64,000 nucleotides of DNA from Patescibacteria group bacterium (GCA_028716665.1 JAQUPP010000002.1:267717-331716); one strand, 5' to 3'; shown: positions 37,348 to 47,722, counted from the stretch's first letter. Program-made: numbers and translations. Notes: generated by a model not told the origin, from the letters alone.

Positions 37348-38952
37348 ATGAAATATAAATTTTTCAACAAAAAAATCAGCGGAATTTTTACAATACCTTC
37401 GGGTATTGTTTCTACTAATGTATCGGTGATTGAAAAAATTATTAAAGAGATTCCTGAAATCGGAATCATTACCACAAAAAGCATCGGATTAAAACCGAAA
37501 ACAGGAAACAAGGAGCCGGTTATCGCGAAATACGCTCCTTTTTCTTTTATCAATGCCGTCGGACTTGCTAATCCGGGAGCGGAAGAATTTGCGAATCAAT
37601 TATCAAAAATAAAAATTCCCGATGATAAATTTTTATTAATTTCAATTTTTGGAGATAGTGTCAGTGAATTCAGAGAAGTCGCGGAAAAATTATTTGATTG
37701 GGCGGATGGTTTTGAACTGAATATTTCCTGTCCGCATTCTGATAAATACGGCCAAGTCATAGGCCAGGATAAAAAATTAATAGGCGAGATAACAAAAAGC
37801 GTTGCTTCTTTTGGAAAACCGGTTTTTGTTAAAATCTCGCCAAGTTTAAATATTAAAGAAACAGTGGAATGCGTTGTGAAAAATGGCGCATCCGGAATAA
37901 CAGCCATAAACACCAAGGGTCCGGAATTATTTTCACAAAATAATTTTTCTGTTCTTTTGAATAAAGTGGGCGGAATTTCCGGAAAAGCAATTTTAAAACT
38001 CGGTTTAAAAAGCGTGAAGGAAGTAAGAAAAATTACCAACTTGCCGATAATAGCCTGTGGTGGAATTTCAACAGCCGAAGACATAAGAAATTACAAGCAA
38101 GCCGGAGGGGATTTTTTCGGAGTAGGTTCTGCTTTAGCCGGAATGAATACGGAAGAAATGAAGCAGTATTTTCATCAATTGTCTTTGGATTTGGAAAAAG
38201 GAACAAATAAATCCGCCAAACTCTTAAAAAACAAGATAAACACGAAATATAAAAAATACAAAGTCATAGAAAATAAGCAAGTAACCGAAGATTTATTTTT
38301 CTTGAAGTTAGACGGGGACATAAAAATAAAAGCGGGGCAATTTATCTTTACTTGGCTGCCGGAAGTGGGGGAGAAACCGTTTTCCGTCTTTGATGACAAG
38401 CCGTTAACTTTATTTATTCAAAAAAGAGGCTGTTTCACGAACGAATTGTCAAAATTAAAAAAAGGAAATGATTTATATATCAGGGGACCTTATGGAAATT
38501 CGCCGATCATGAATGGAAAAATTTTATTGGTAAGCGGAGGGACGGGAATGGCGGCGCTTTATCTGTTCGCCAAAAGAAACAAGAAAACGATTGCGATTTT
38601 GGGAGCAAAAGATAAAAATCATTTGCCTTATATTGAAAAATTCAAATCAGTATGCGAAGAAATTTTTTTAACAACGGAAAATGGCGAAGTTGGACACAAA
38701 GGCTTGGTGACGGATGAATTGGAAAAAATTATAAAAAATACGCGGCCGGATTATTGCATTAATTGCGGTCCGGAAAAAATGGTGAAAGAAGTTATAAAAA
38801 GAGAAATTAAATATATAAATCCGGAAAAAATTTATTCTTCAATAGATTTTTTGACAAAATGCGGAATCGGTTTGTGTGGGAGTTGCGCCACTTCAAAAGG
38901 ATACAGAAGCTGCGTCGACGGAAATTTTTTAAAAATAAAACAAATTCAGTAA
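37348..38952 (+). CDS. dihydroorotate dehydrogenase (class 1 catalytic domain) fused to PyrK-like FAD/[2Fe-2S] electron-transfer domain
   Basis: N-half: NAVGLANPG, ELNISCPHS, IIACGGIST; C-half: FNR-like GGTGMAALY and terminal CGIGLCGSCA cluster motif. Confidence 0.65.
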   Translation: MKYKFFNKKISGIFTIPSGIVSTNVSVIEKIIKEIPEIGIITTKSIGLKPKTGNKEPVIAKYAPFSFINAVGLANPGAEEFANQLSKIKIPDDKFLLISIFGDSVSEFREVAEKLFDWADGFELNISCPHSDKYGQVIGQDKKLIGEITKSVASFGKPVFVKISPSLNIKETVECVVKNGASGITAINTKGPELFSQNNFSVLLNKVGGISGKAILKLGLKSVKEVRKITNLPIIACGGISTAEDIRNYKQAGGDFFGVGSALAGMNTEEMKQYFHQLSLDLEKGTNKSAKLLKNKINTKYKKYKVIENKQVTEDLFFLKLDGDIKIKAGQFIFTWLPEVGEKPFSVFDDKPLTLFIQKRGCFTNELSKLKKGNDLYIRGPYGNSPIMNGKILLVSGGTGMAALYLFAKRNKKTIAILGAKDKNHLPYIEKFKSVCEEIFLTTENGEVGHKGLVTDELEKIIKNTRPDYCINCGPEKMVKEVIKREIKYINPEKIYSSIDFLTKCGIGLCGSCATSKGYRSCVDGNFLKIKQIQ

Positions 38953-39098
38953 GATTTAAATAAAAACATTCCGATATTCTCAAGAATGTCGAATATTCAA
39001 GGATTTGATTAAAATCGATCATCTCCTGATTTTTTTTATATTGCCATTTGCCCGTTTTTTTGGTATAGTAAAGATATAAATAATCATAATTTTATTAT

Positions 39099-39446
39099 AT
39101 GGAAGATGTTATTTTGATTACAAAACCTATTTCTAAACAAGAACTTAAAGAAATTGCCGTCAAAAGATTCGGCGATCTGGTAAAAGCAGTAGTTGATCTT
39201 GAAAAAGGAACAATGGCATTAGGAGCCGATTTGCACTCTGACGAAGAAGCATTTTTATTGAATAACGGTTCTGACCAGCAAAATTTGTGGGGTATCAATC
39301 TTTATCCGGATCTTGAAATGCCGGAAATGGTTGAATTTGATTCTGTTATTAATATTCGTCCAAAACAGAATAATCGCTCGCGTTCAGTTGAAAATGAAGA
39401 AATTAGAGAAAAAATTTTGGCAGTTGTTAAAAATTTTATTATTTAA
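39099..39446 (+). CDS. hypothetical protein
   Basis: 115-aa ORF. Confidence 0.35.
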   Translation: MEDVILITKPISKQELKEIAVKRFGDLVKAVVDLEKGTMALGADLHSDEEAFLLNNGSDQQNLWGINLYPDLEMPEMVEFDSVINIRPKQNNRSRSVENEEIREKILAVVKNFII

Positions 39447-39448
39447 AT

Positions 39449-39784
39449 ATGGATTTTATTCATTCTAATTTGGCAAATGGCCGTTGGTCTGTAATGACGT
39501 TAGCCGAGCAAATGGCCAATGTTGGCAGTGAATTTGAAAGGGCATTGCAATGGAAGAAAAAAAATAATTCGCAATTTTTTGACAATGCCGCGGCAAGAAT
39601 GCTGGATTTAATGGATTTAACCATCAGCGACAAACGTTGGCACAACCATCGCCTTAAAGAATTAACGAGAATAAGAGAGGTGGTTTGCGAAGAATTATTT
39701 AATGAATCACCGAATCAAAAATCAATTGAAGGTTTGGAAAAGTATTTTTTAAGTTTCGGCTATCTGGCCAGATTAAATAAATAA
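39449..39784 (+). CDS. hypothetical protein
   Basis: 111-aa ORF. Confidence 0.35.
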   Translation: MDFIHSNLANGRWSVMTLAEQMANVGSEFERALQWKKKNNSQFFDNAAARMLDLMDLTISDKRWHNHRLKELTRIREVVCEELFNESPNQKSIEGLEKYFLSFGYLARLNK

Positions 39785-39788
39785 GAAT

Positions 39789-40442
39789 ATGAAATTTTTA
39801 CTTACTTCGTCAGGTCTTACAAACAAATCAATTGCCAAAGCTTTATTGGAATTGGTCGGTAAAAAAGCCAAAGAAACAACCATTGCTTTTATTCCAACCG
39901 CGGCCAATCCCATTCAAGACGACAAAACTTGGTTGATTAACGATCTGTACAATATCAAGAAACAAAATTTTAAAAGCATTGATATTGTTGATATTTCCGC
40001 TTTGCCGAAAAAAAATTGGCTGCCGCGGCTTGAAGACGCCGATGTTCTGTTTTTTTCCGGAGGAAATGTTTTTCATTTGATGTATTGGATGAAAAAATCA
40101 GGTTTGGCGAAAATCTTGCCCAAGCTTTTAAAAACCAGAGTTTACGTCGGAATCAGCGCCGGCAGCATGGTTACCACCAAAGACCTCTCATTCAGCTCTG
40201 CTAAACGCCTTTATTATGAAGATTTGAAAGGAAAGCCCGACGAAAAAGGACTCGGGTTTTTTGATTTTTATTTCCGTCCGCATCTCAATTCTCCGCATTT
40301 TCCAAAAGTCCGCAAGAAATTTTTGGAACAAACGAAAAAAGGATTAAAAGATCCCATCTACGCCCTTGATGACCAATCCGCCCTCAAAATTAAAAACAAA
40401 AAAATTGAAATCATCACCGAAGGCAAATATCTAAAAATATAG
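39789..40442 (+). CDS. peptidase S51 family (dipeptidase E-like)
   Basis: FFSGGNVFHL and VGISAGSM serine-nucleophile region. Confidence 0.6.
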   Translation: MKFLLTSSGLTNKSIAKALLELVGKKAKETTIAFIPTAANPIQDDKTWLINDLYNIKKQNFKSIDIVDISALPKKNWLPRLEDADVLFFSGGNVFHLMYWMKKSGLAKILPKLLKTRVYVGISAGSMVTTKDLSFSSAKRLYYEDLKGKPDEKGLGFFDFYFRPHLNSPHFPKVRKKFLEQTKKGLKDPIYALDDQSALKIKNKKIEIITEGKYLKI

Positions 40443-40450
40443 TTTCTAAT

Positions 40451-41425
40451 ATGAGTAAAAAAGAAATAAACAAGAATTTAGTTATTTATCAGGCGAAATC
40501 CGGCGCAATTGAGCTTCGGGGTGATTTTACGCGCGAAACCATATGGGCTACGCAGGCACAGATAGCTGATGTTTTTCAGGCTGAGCGATCAGTTGTGACT
40601 AAACATATTCAAAATATTATTAAAGATAAAGAATTGGATGCTAATTCAGTATGTGCAAATTTTGCACATACTGCGAATGACGGAAAAGTATATAAAGTGC
40701 AGTTTTACAACCTTGATGTAATTTTGGCTGTGGGATACAGAACTAATTCAAAACGAGCTATTGAGTTTCGCCAATGGGCGACCAAAACGCTGCGAAGCTA
40801 TATCATTGATGGTTTTGCCGTGAATAAAAATCGTATTGCGAAAAATTACCAGCAGTTTTTAAATGTAGTTGATGATATTAAAAAATTCCTACCTGCCGGA
40901 CCGGCGATGGAAGCAAGGGATGCAGTTGAGCTTGTTTCGCTTTTTGCCGATACTTGGTTGTCGCTTGATGCATATGATAGAGATTCTTTGCCAAAAGGGA
41001 AACTAACAAAAAAGAAAGTTGAATTAACGGCAGATAAAATCATTGACAGCCTTACTGAATTAAAAACAGAGCTTATTCGCAAGTCAGAAGCGACTGATAT
41101 TTTCGGTATGGAAAGAAGCAGGGGATCTGTGGCGGGAATTGTCGGCAATGTAATGCAATCTTTCGGAGGCAAGGAATTATATGAAAGTGCGGAAGAAAAA
41201 GCGGCGCATTTGTTGTATTTTATGGTTAAAAATCATCCCTTTACTGATGGAAATAAAAGAAGCGGAGCATTTGCTTTTGTCTGGTTTTTAAAACAAGCCA
41301 ATATTTTAAATGTATCAAAACTTACTCCTTCCGCTCTTACGGCACTTACGATTCTTGTCGCAAGTAGCGATCCGAAAGACAAAGATAAAATTGTGGCTTT
41401 AATTTTAAATTTAATTGCTAAATAA
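40451..41425 (+). CDS. Fic/Doc-family protein with N-terminal RhuM-like domain
   Basis: HPFTDGNKRSG Fic motif; RhuM-like YNLDVILAVGYRTNSKRAIEFRQWAT. Confidence 0.7.
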   Translation: MSKKEINKNLVIYQAKSGAIELRGDFTRETIWATQAQIADVFQAERSVVTKHIQNIIKDKELDANSVCANFAHTANDGKVYKVQFYNLDVILAVGYRTNSKRAIEFRQWATKTLRSYIIDGFAVNKNRIAKNYQQFLNVVDDIKKFLPAGPAMEARDAVELVSLFADTWLSLDAYDRDSLPKGKLTKKKVELTADKIIDSLTELKTELIRKSEATDIFGMERSRGSVAGIVGNVMQSFGGKELYESAEEKAAHLLYFMVKNHPFTDGNKRSGAFAFVWFLKQANILNVSKLTPSALTALTILVASSDPKDKDKIVALILNLIAK

Positions 41426-41430
41426 ATTCG

Positions 41431-42021
41431 ATGAGTAAAATAAAAGTTTTAATTCAAGGTTACGCCAAAGAAAAAAACGGACAAGAATTCGCTTCGTCAA
41501 CAACCACGCTGATTCAAGAGAAAGGATTAAACATAATCGTTGACCCGGGAATGAACCGAAAATTATTATTAACGTCTTTGAAAAAACAAGGTTTGACTGT
41601 TTTGGATATAAATTATGTGATTTTAACGCATGATCACTCAGACCATTGTCTTTTGGCCGGAATTTTTGAAAAAGCCAAAATTTTGGACGCGGATGATATT
41701 TATTCATGGGACGGAAAAATCACCGGTCATAACGGTAAAGTCCCCGGAACTGAAATTAAAATTATAAAAACGCCCGGCCACGCCATGTTTCATTGTTCAG
41801 TTTTAGTCCAGACAAAGGAACTCGGAAAAACGGCCATTGTCGGCGATGTTTTCTGGTGGGCAGACGAAGAAAAACAAAAAACAGACCAACAAAGCCTGTT
41901 AAAACACAAAGACCCTTACGTAAAAAATGAAAAATTGCTCCTGGCAAGCAGAAAAAAGATTCTGAAAACCGCGGATTATATCATCCCCGGCCATGGAAAA
42001 ATGTTCGAAACAGGGGATTAA
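41431..42021 (+). CDS. MBL-fold metallo-hydrolase
   Basis: LTHDHSDH metal-binding motif. Confidence 0.7.
   Translation: MSKIKVLIQGYAKEKNGQEFASSTTTLIQEKGLNIIVDPGMNRKLLLTSLKKQGLTVLDINYVILTHDHSDHCLLAGIFEKAKILDADDIYSWDGKITGHNGKVPGTEIKIIKTPGHAMFHCSVLVQTKELGKTAIVGDVFWWADEEKQKTDQQSLLKHKDPYVKNEKLLLASRKKILKTADYIIPGHGKMFETGD
41946..42021 (+). repeat. direct repeat copy 1 (3' end of MBL hydrolase gene)
   Basis: about 90% identical to 43610-43690. Confidence 0.8.
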
Positions 42022-42162
42022 AAATGGGGGATTGATTTAAAAAGCTTGCCCCGTAGCGAACTTGTTCTGCTTCTGGGGTTATCCACAATTCAAATTTGAC
42101 AAATTATAATATGTACGTTATTATGTACATAGAGATTTATAAAAAATAAACAAAAAAATATT

Positions 42163-42525
42163 ATGAATATGAAAACAACTTTGCCCATTTCTGAGGCAAG
42201 AAAACAAATTTTTTTAATCGCAGAAGAGGCCCAAAGGCCCGGCAATTATTATACTTTAACCGAAAAAGGAAGGCCAAAAGTGGTGATGATGTCTGCCGAA
42301 GAGTTTGAATCTTGGCAGGAAACTTTGGAAGTGATGCAAGAATTTCCCAATTTGAAGAAAGACATCGCGCGCGCCGAAGCGGAAATAAAAAAAGGTGATT
42401 ATATCACCTTAGAAGAAATGATGGCCAAAAGCGGTTATATTTTAGCGGATAAATCAAAACAAAAATATGGCATATCAAATAATCATCGCCAAGAGTGTGC
42501 AAAAAGAAATAGAAAAGTTAAATAA
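42163..42525 (+). CDS. Phd/YefM-family antitoxin
   Basis: TLPISEARKQIFLIAEEAQ...VVMMSAEEFESWQETLE pattern; 3' end overlaps the toxin gene by 59 nt. Confidence 0.6.
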   Translation: MNMKTTLPISEARKQIFLIAEEAQRPGNYYTLTEKGRPKVVMMSAEEFESWQETLEVMQEFPNLKKDIARAEAEIKKGDYITLEEMMAKSGYILADKSKQKYGISNNHRQECAKRNRKVK

Positions 42526-42718
42526 TGTTTTTCAGATAAAAATTCAACTTGCGTTAGCTCAATTGGCAATCAATCCTTTCATTGGGAAAAAATTAGAAGG
42601 CGAATATAAAGATTCGTGGTCATATCGCGTTTGGCCGTATCGCATTTTGTATAAAATTCGCAAGCGCGAATTGGAAGTCTGGATAGTCAAAGTCGGACAT
42701 CGACAAGGAGTTTATTAA
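42467..42718 (+). CDS. RelE/ParE-family toxin
   Basis: 83 aa, YRILYKI ... VKVGHRQGVY C-terminus. Confidence 0.6.
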   Translation: MAYQIIIAKSVQKEIEKLNNVFQIKIQLALAQLAINPFIGKKLEGEYKDSWSYRVWPYRILYKIRKRELEVWIVKVGHRQGVY

Positions 42719-42736
42719 TAAAATTAATATAAAAAT

Positions 42737-43552
42737 ATGACAGATGATATAATTATTAATTCCCTTAATAAAGATTTTGAGAGTATTAAAAAAATTACTA
42801 AAAATGGTATTGAGTATTGGCAAGCTCGCGAATTAATGCCTCTTTTAGATTATCCAAATTGGCAAAAAGCAGAAGAAGTGATAGCTAGGGCTGCTAGGGC
42901 CTGTATTAATAGCGGCCAAGCTGTGGATAACCATTTTCACCAAATGGTTAAAATGGTGGAGATTGGCTCAAGTACAATGCGAGAAATAAGAGACTGGAAA
43001 TTAGATCGATATGCTTGTTATTTGGTTGCGCAAAACGGCGATCCTAATAAGCAAGAGATTGCTTTGGCTCAGACTTATTTTGCCATTCAAACAAGAAAAC
43101 AAGAAATATTTGAACAACTTTCTGCTTCCGATAAACGACTTTTTATTCGTGGCGAAGTAACGGCGGAAAATAAAAAGCTTTTCAGCACTGCTAAAAGAGC
43201 CGGTGTAACAAAATTCGGTTCATTTAATGATGCTGGCTATAAAGGATTGTATGGAATGCCTCTTGCGGATATTGAAAATAGAAAAGGAATAAGGAAAGGA
43301 GAACTTTTGGATCGTGCAGGAACAACTGAGCTGGCAGCAAATTTATTTCGAATAACTCAGACTGATGAAAAAATCAGAAAAGATGATATCAGGGGGGATG
43401 ACCTTGCGTCAAGAACGCATTTTATGGTCGGTGGTAAAGTCCGACAGACAATCAAGGATATAGGCGGAACACTTCCGGAAAATCTTCCGCCGGAAAAACA
43501 TATTAAGGAATTAAAAAGTGAGAAAAGAAAAAGTTTAAAAAAAAGAAACTAA
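42737..43552 (+). CDS. DNA-damage-inducible protein D (DinD)-like protein
   Basis: WQARELMPLLDY, DRYACYLVAQNGDP, ALAQTYFAIQTR pattern; C-terminus resembles that of ORF 49384. Confidence 0.45.
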   Translation: MTDDIIINSLNKDFESIKKITKNGIEYWQARELMPLLDYPNWQKAEEVIARAARACINSGQAVDNHFHQMVKMVEIGSSTMREIRDWKLDRYACYLVAQNGDPNKQEIALAQTYFAIQTRKQEIFEQLSASDKRLFIRGEVTAENKKLFSTAKRAGVTKFGSFNDAGYKGLYGMPLADIENRKGIRKGELLDRAGTTELAANLFRITQTDEKIRKDDIRGDDLASRTHFMVGGKVRQTIKDIGGTLPENLPPEKHIKELKSEKRKSLKKRN

Positions 43553-43609
43553 CATATACTTACAAAAAATATCTCGATATTTTTATTGGAAATGATAAAT
43601 AATAATATA

Positions 43610-43690
43610 AACGAAGCAGAAAAAAGATTTTAAAAATCGCGGATTATATCATCCCCGGCCACGGAAAAATGTTCAAAACAGGGGGAATAG
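43610..43690 (+). repeat. direct repeat copy 2 (degenerate duplicate of MBL gene 3' end)
   Basis: AAGCAGAAAAAAGATT ... GCGGATTATATCATCCCCGGCCA(T/C)GGAAAAATGTTC(G/A)AAACAGGGG. Confidence 0.8.
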
Positions 43691-43724
43691 TATTAAAAAT
43701 AAAAAATGATAAAATAAGATAATT

Positions 43725-45611
43725 ATGCGTTTTATTGGTTGTAAAGAAAATTTACTTGGTTTTATAGAAACCTTTGTCAAAAAAAAAGACATAAGAGGTA
43801 ATACCTTTTGTGATCTTTTTGCTGGAACAGGAAGTGTCGCTAAACATTTCAAAAAGCTTGGCTATAAAATTATTTCATCCGACCTTTTATATTTTTCTTA
43901 TGTTTTGCAAAAAGTTTATATTGAACAAAATCAATATCCTAAATTCGCTAAATTATTAAAATATTTAAAAATAAATCCCGTAGAGGAAACTCTTTTTACT
44001 AGTGACAGTCAAAACGCAAAAGAAGTAATCAAATGTCTTAATAATTTAGAAGGAACTGAGGGTTTTATTTATAAAAATTACTCACCTGAAGGCACACGGG
44101 GTCAAACAAATCTTCGTAAATATTTTACTGGCAATAATGCCAAACAAATTGACACGATAAGAGAAAAAATTGAGGAATGGAAAAAATCAAATTTCCTTAA
44201 TGAGCAAGAGTATTTTTTCTTACTTGGCGCACTTATTGAAGCAGTGCCATTTGTCGCAAATATCAGTGGGACTTATTCTGCTTTTCTTAAAAAATGGGAC
44301 AAGCGAGCATTTAAAAAACTAACACTTGAAGTGCCAGAAATTATTAAGAGCAATGAAACACATAAAGTGTTTAATATTAATGGTTTAAATGTTTTTGATC
44401 AGATAAAAGGAATTGATATTTTATATCTTGATCCGCCCTACAATGAGAGACAATACGCACCGAACTATCATATTTTAGAAACTATCGCAAAATGGGATAA
44501 ACCAGAAATTAAAGGTATTACTGGAATGAGAGCTTATGAAAATCAAAAATCTGAATTTTGTAATTCAAAATCTGGTATTAAAGCTCTTGATGAAATTATT
44601 AAAAAAAGCGACTTTAAACATTTAATTTTGAGTTATAATGATGACGGTATTATGCCAGAAAATGAAATATTAAAACTATTTAATAATGCTGGAAAAATTG
44701 AGGTAACAGAACAGGATTATCAAAGGTATAAAAGCAATAATAATGGCGATCAAAAAAATGGAGTAAGGGAAAAACTTTATTATCTTAAAAGAGTAAACCA
44801 TAATAATAAACTTAATGATTTAAGCGGCTCAGAGTGGATTTACTTTTTAAATTCGGTTGATGTAACTCACTATTCAACAAAAGGAATAGACGGCTTTGCC
44901 CATCATTTACGTGGAAAACATCCCTCGCCTAAACCACCTCAATTGATGAAAAAATTTATTGATTTTTTTACAAAAGAAAATCAAATCGTCCTCGATCCAT
45001 TTATGGGCGTTGGCGGAACATTAATTGCTTGCTCATTATCTAATCGAAAAGGAATTGGTATAGATTTATCAAAAAAATATATTGATTTATATAAAAAGGT
45101 TTGTAAAGAACTTAACGTTGTTGAGCAAACAACGATTGTTGGTAATTCCACAGGAATAGATAAATTATTAAAAAAAGGTACGACTATTGATTTTATTCTA
45201 ACTGATCCGCCATACGGTGAAATGTTAAGTAAAAAACGAACAGGACAAAGAAAAAAGAAAACAGGTATAGCCGTAGCCACGCCATTTACTAATCACGAAA
45301 CTGATTTGGGAAATATGGAACGAGAAAATTTTCTTGAATCATTAAAAGAGATAATTGCAAAATCAGCGGAATATCTAAAACCAAAAGGATATATTGCTGT
45401 TTTTGTAAAAGATTTACAACCTAAAAATGGCGAGCATAATATGCTTCATGCTTTTATAACAGATAAATTATTAGAAATTCCAGATATATCTTTTCGGGGT
45501 TATAAAATTTGGTATGACGCAACGCAGAAACTTTATCCTTTTGGCTATCCGCACGCTTTCGTTGCCAACCAATTTCATCAATTTATTATGATATTTCGTA
45601 AAGAAAAGTAG
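43725..45611 (+). CDS. DNA methyltransferase with two amino-MTase modules
   Basis: motif I FAGTGSV then DPPY (YLDPPYNE); second module KPPQL...VLDPFMGVGGT then TDPPYGE. Confidence 0.7.
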   Translation: MRFIGCKENLLGFIETFVKKKDIRGNTFCDLFAGTGSVAKHFKKLGYKIISSDLLYFSYVLQKVYIEQNQYPKFAKLLKYLKINPVEETLFTSDSQNAKEVIKCLNNLEGTEGFIYKNYSPEGTRGQTNLRKYFTGNNAKQIDTIREKIEEWKKSNFLNEQEYFFLLGALIEAVPFVANISGTYSAFLKKWDKRAFKKLTLEVPEIIKSNETHKVFNINGLNVFDQIKGIDILYLDPPYNERQYAPNYHILETIAKWDKPEIKGITGMRAYENQKSEFCNSKSGIKALDEIIKKSDFKHLILSYNDDGIMPENEILKLFNNAGKIEVTEQDYQRYKSNNNGDQKNGVREKLYYLKRVNHNNKLNDLSGSEWIYFLNSVDVTHYSTKGIDGFAHHLRGKHPSPKPPQLMKKFIDFFTKENQIVLDPFMGVGGTLIACSLSNRKGIGIDLSKKYIDLYKKVCKELNVVEQTTIVGNSTGIDKLLKKGTTIDFILTDPPYGEMLSKKRTGQRKKKTGIAVATPFTNHETDLGNMERENFLESLKEIIAKSAEYLKPKGYIAVFVKDLQPKNGEHNMLHAFITDKLLEIPDISFRGYKIWYDATQKLYPFGYPHAFVANQFHQFIMIFRKEK

Positions 45612-45612
45612 T

Positions 45613-47004
45613 ATGAAAAATAAAAATTTGTGGATTTTAACAGAAGAAAGACCAAAGCGAGAAGTTATCGCTAATATTTTAATGATGTTTGCAAAAAATA
45701 ATGAATTTGTCTGCTTTGTTGACACTATCCGCATTTTACCAATTTTAGAGAATGGTAAATTTTCATTTTTATATGAAGTGGTTGGTTTTCGTTGCAATAA
45801 AATTGAGAGAGTTTTTATAAAATCTGTTAGCGGTTTTGGTAGTTTTGTTGATTTTTTAATTTTTTTTCAAGAAAAACAGCCGATACAAACAGATTTACCA
45901 ATATATGCGATAGAAGAAACAAAAACTGATGATAAAGAAAGCAGAAACACAGGCGTATATCAGCGTGCTTCAAAATTTGTATTTATCGAAAAATACTATC
46001 CTAAAATAAAGAAAGTAATGCTTTATAATTTACAGATAGAACAAAAAGAGATACCAACAGCTACTTATATTTTCGGCACACGATTATTATTAACTCTTGG
46101 AGTTGAAATACTCGGTAAAAAACTAGATAGTAAAATTTTTCAGCCATTTCATTCACTTGATGAAATTATTGCTCTTAAAAAAGCAATGAGAAAAGCCCAT
46201 AAAGGCAATGTCCCGATTTTAATTAAAAAAATTGGCAATAAAATTACAGTTTCTGGTAGATTATATAAATCAGATGGGCTTGCTCATGATCCAAATATCG
46301 GGGCATTAAGTTTGATTTGCGCCGTTATTAGGGAATTAGGTTGGGATGGTGAAATTATTATTACTAAACACGGCTTAAAACAAAAACATATTCAAACTGA
46401 TAATAAATTTATAAAAATTGCTAACAAGTTGAATATAAAAATTCATGGACTTTTAATCCCTGTCAGTAAACATAGAGATAATTATTGGAAATATGAAACA
46501 GAGGGCGAAAAACTTGGCACAATTTTTATTCATTTAGTAGTTGAGAATTTTACAGAAGGATATGCAATTTTTGAAAATCATGCTGGATGTGAAAAAGGTT
46601 ATTTTATAACGAGCGATGGCAAACATATTCCACTTGAAAAATACTCAGATAGAAAAGCATACAAAGCCGGAAATAAAAATAAAATAATTAGCATCCCTGA
46701 TTTAATTTTGATTGATTTTGGAAGAAGTGAGATTGTCAATATTGAGGGTAAAAAATATCAATTTCGCCAAGACGGAATTAAAGAATTAAAAGGTTTTGGT
46801 GATATAGAAAAAACTTATATCAAAAAATATTATCCGAAATTTAAAATTACTCGTACTGTCGTTTTATATGGCGGAACTAAAACAAAAATTATTGAAATTG
46901 AAGTAGGTTTTTTACTCAATGAAAACGGCGATCTTATACTAGGAATGAAAGCACCAAAATTATTTAAAGAAGCAATTAAAAACCTTTTAGATTTTTGGTT
47001 GTAA
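45613..47004 (+). CDS. putative restriction endonuclease partner of the methyltransferase
   Basis: 1-nt spacing after MTase gene; PD-(D/E)xK-like segments (AIEETK; IPDLILIDFGRSEIVNIEGKK). Confidence 0.4.
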   Translation: MKNKNLWILTEERPKREVIANILMMFAKNNEFVCFVDTIRILPILENGKFSFLYEVVGFRCNKIERVFIKSVSGFGSFVDFLIFFQEKQPIQTDLPIYAIEETKTDDKESRNTGVYQRASKFVFIEKYYPKIKKVMLYNLQIEQKEIPTATYIFGTRLLLTLGVEILGKKLDSKIFQPFHSLDEIIALKKAMRKAHKGNVPILIKKIGNKITVSGRLYKSDGLAHDPNIGALSLICAVIRELGWDGEIIITKHGLKQKHIQTDNKFIKIANKLNIKIHGLLIPVSKHRDNYWKYETEGEKLGTIFIHLVVENFTEGYAIFENHAGCEKGYFITSDGKHIPLEKYSDRKAYKAGNKNKIISIPDLILIDFGRSEIVNIEGKKYQFRQDGIKELKGFGDIEKTYIKKYYPKFKITRTVVLYGGTKTKIIEIEVGFLLNENGDLILGMKAPKLFKEAIKNLLDFWL

Positions 47005-47041
47005 TAAAAAGATTAAAATTATATAATTAAATCTCAAAATA

Positions 47042-47455
47042 ATGGAGAAGAAAATAACAGAAGATTTTGTTAAACATGCAATAATTAAGTGGCTATCATC
47101 AAATGGTTGGGGATATTTTCAATTTGGAAATTTACATGATCATGGTGTTGATCTTAAGGCTAAAAATTTTAAATACTCTCGATATTTTTTTATTGAAACA
47201 AAAGGGCAAGGAAAAATAAGACAGGCAGATGAGGTCGCTTTTATCTATTCACTCGGGCAGATTATTACAAGAATGAAATCTGGCGGATCAACACGAAATT
47301 ATTATGCATTAGGATTACCTGATGTAAGTGCAAAAATTGCTATTCGGCGTATTCCGTGGCAAGTAGCTAAAAAACTTTTACTTTATGTATTTTCTGTAGA
47401 TAAATCTGGAAAAGTAAAACAATACTCTTGGCAAAATCTTAAAAAAATTCAATAG
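47042..47455 (+). CDS. small PD-(D/E)xK-fold nuclease-like protein (Hjc/Mrr-like core)
   Basis: 137 aa with HGVDLKAK...FFIETKGQ (D ... ExK) arrangement. Confidence 0.4.
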   Translation: MEKKITEDFVKHAIIKWLSSNGWGYFQFGNLHDHGVDLKAKNFKYSRYFFIETKGQGKIRQADEVAFIYSLGQIITRMKSGGSTRNYYALGLPDVSAKIAIRRIPWQVAKKLLLYVFSVDKSGKVKQYSWQNLKKIQ

Positions 47456-47529
47456 GCAGTGCACTAATTTTACTGACAAAAAATTAGGCGAAAAAAAATA
47501 ATATATTATAAAATAATTTTAAAAATTTT

Positions 47530-47718
47530 ATGAGTAAAATTCAAACTAATTCAGGACAAATTAGAAAAAAAAGAGAGGATACTTTAATTAAAAATATTGA
47601 AAAACAATATGGTGTTAATTTTGGCGTGCGAGGCGACGAAAAACTTGGAACATATCTTAGAGACAAAGGACTTCCTTCTCTTTCTAAGGCTCTAGTCAAA
47701 GTGACAAAAAAGAGATAA
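47530..47718 (+). CDS. small basic hypothetical protein (first gene of five-gene operon)
   Basis: CTGACA ... TAATAT promoter-like sequence at 47475-47515; 62 aa. Confidence 0.35.
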   Translation: MSKIQTNSGQIRKKREDTLIKNIEKQYGVNFGVRGDEKLGTYLRDKGLPSLSKALVKVTKKR

Positions 47719-47722
47719 CCAT

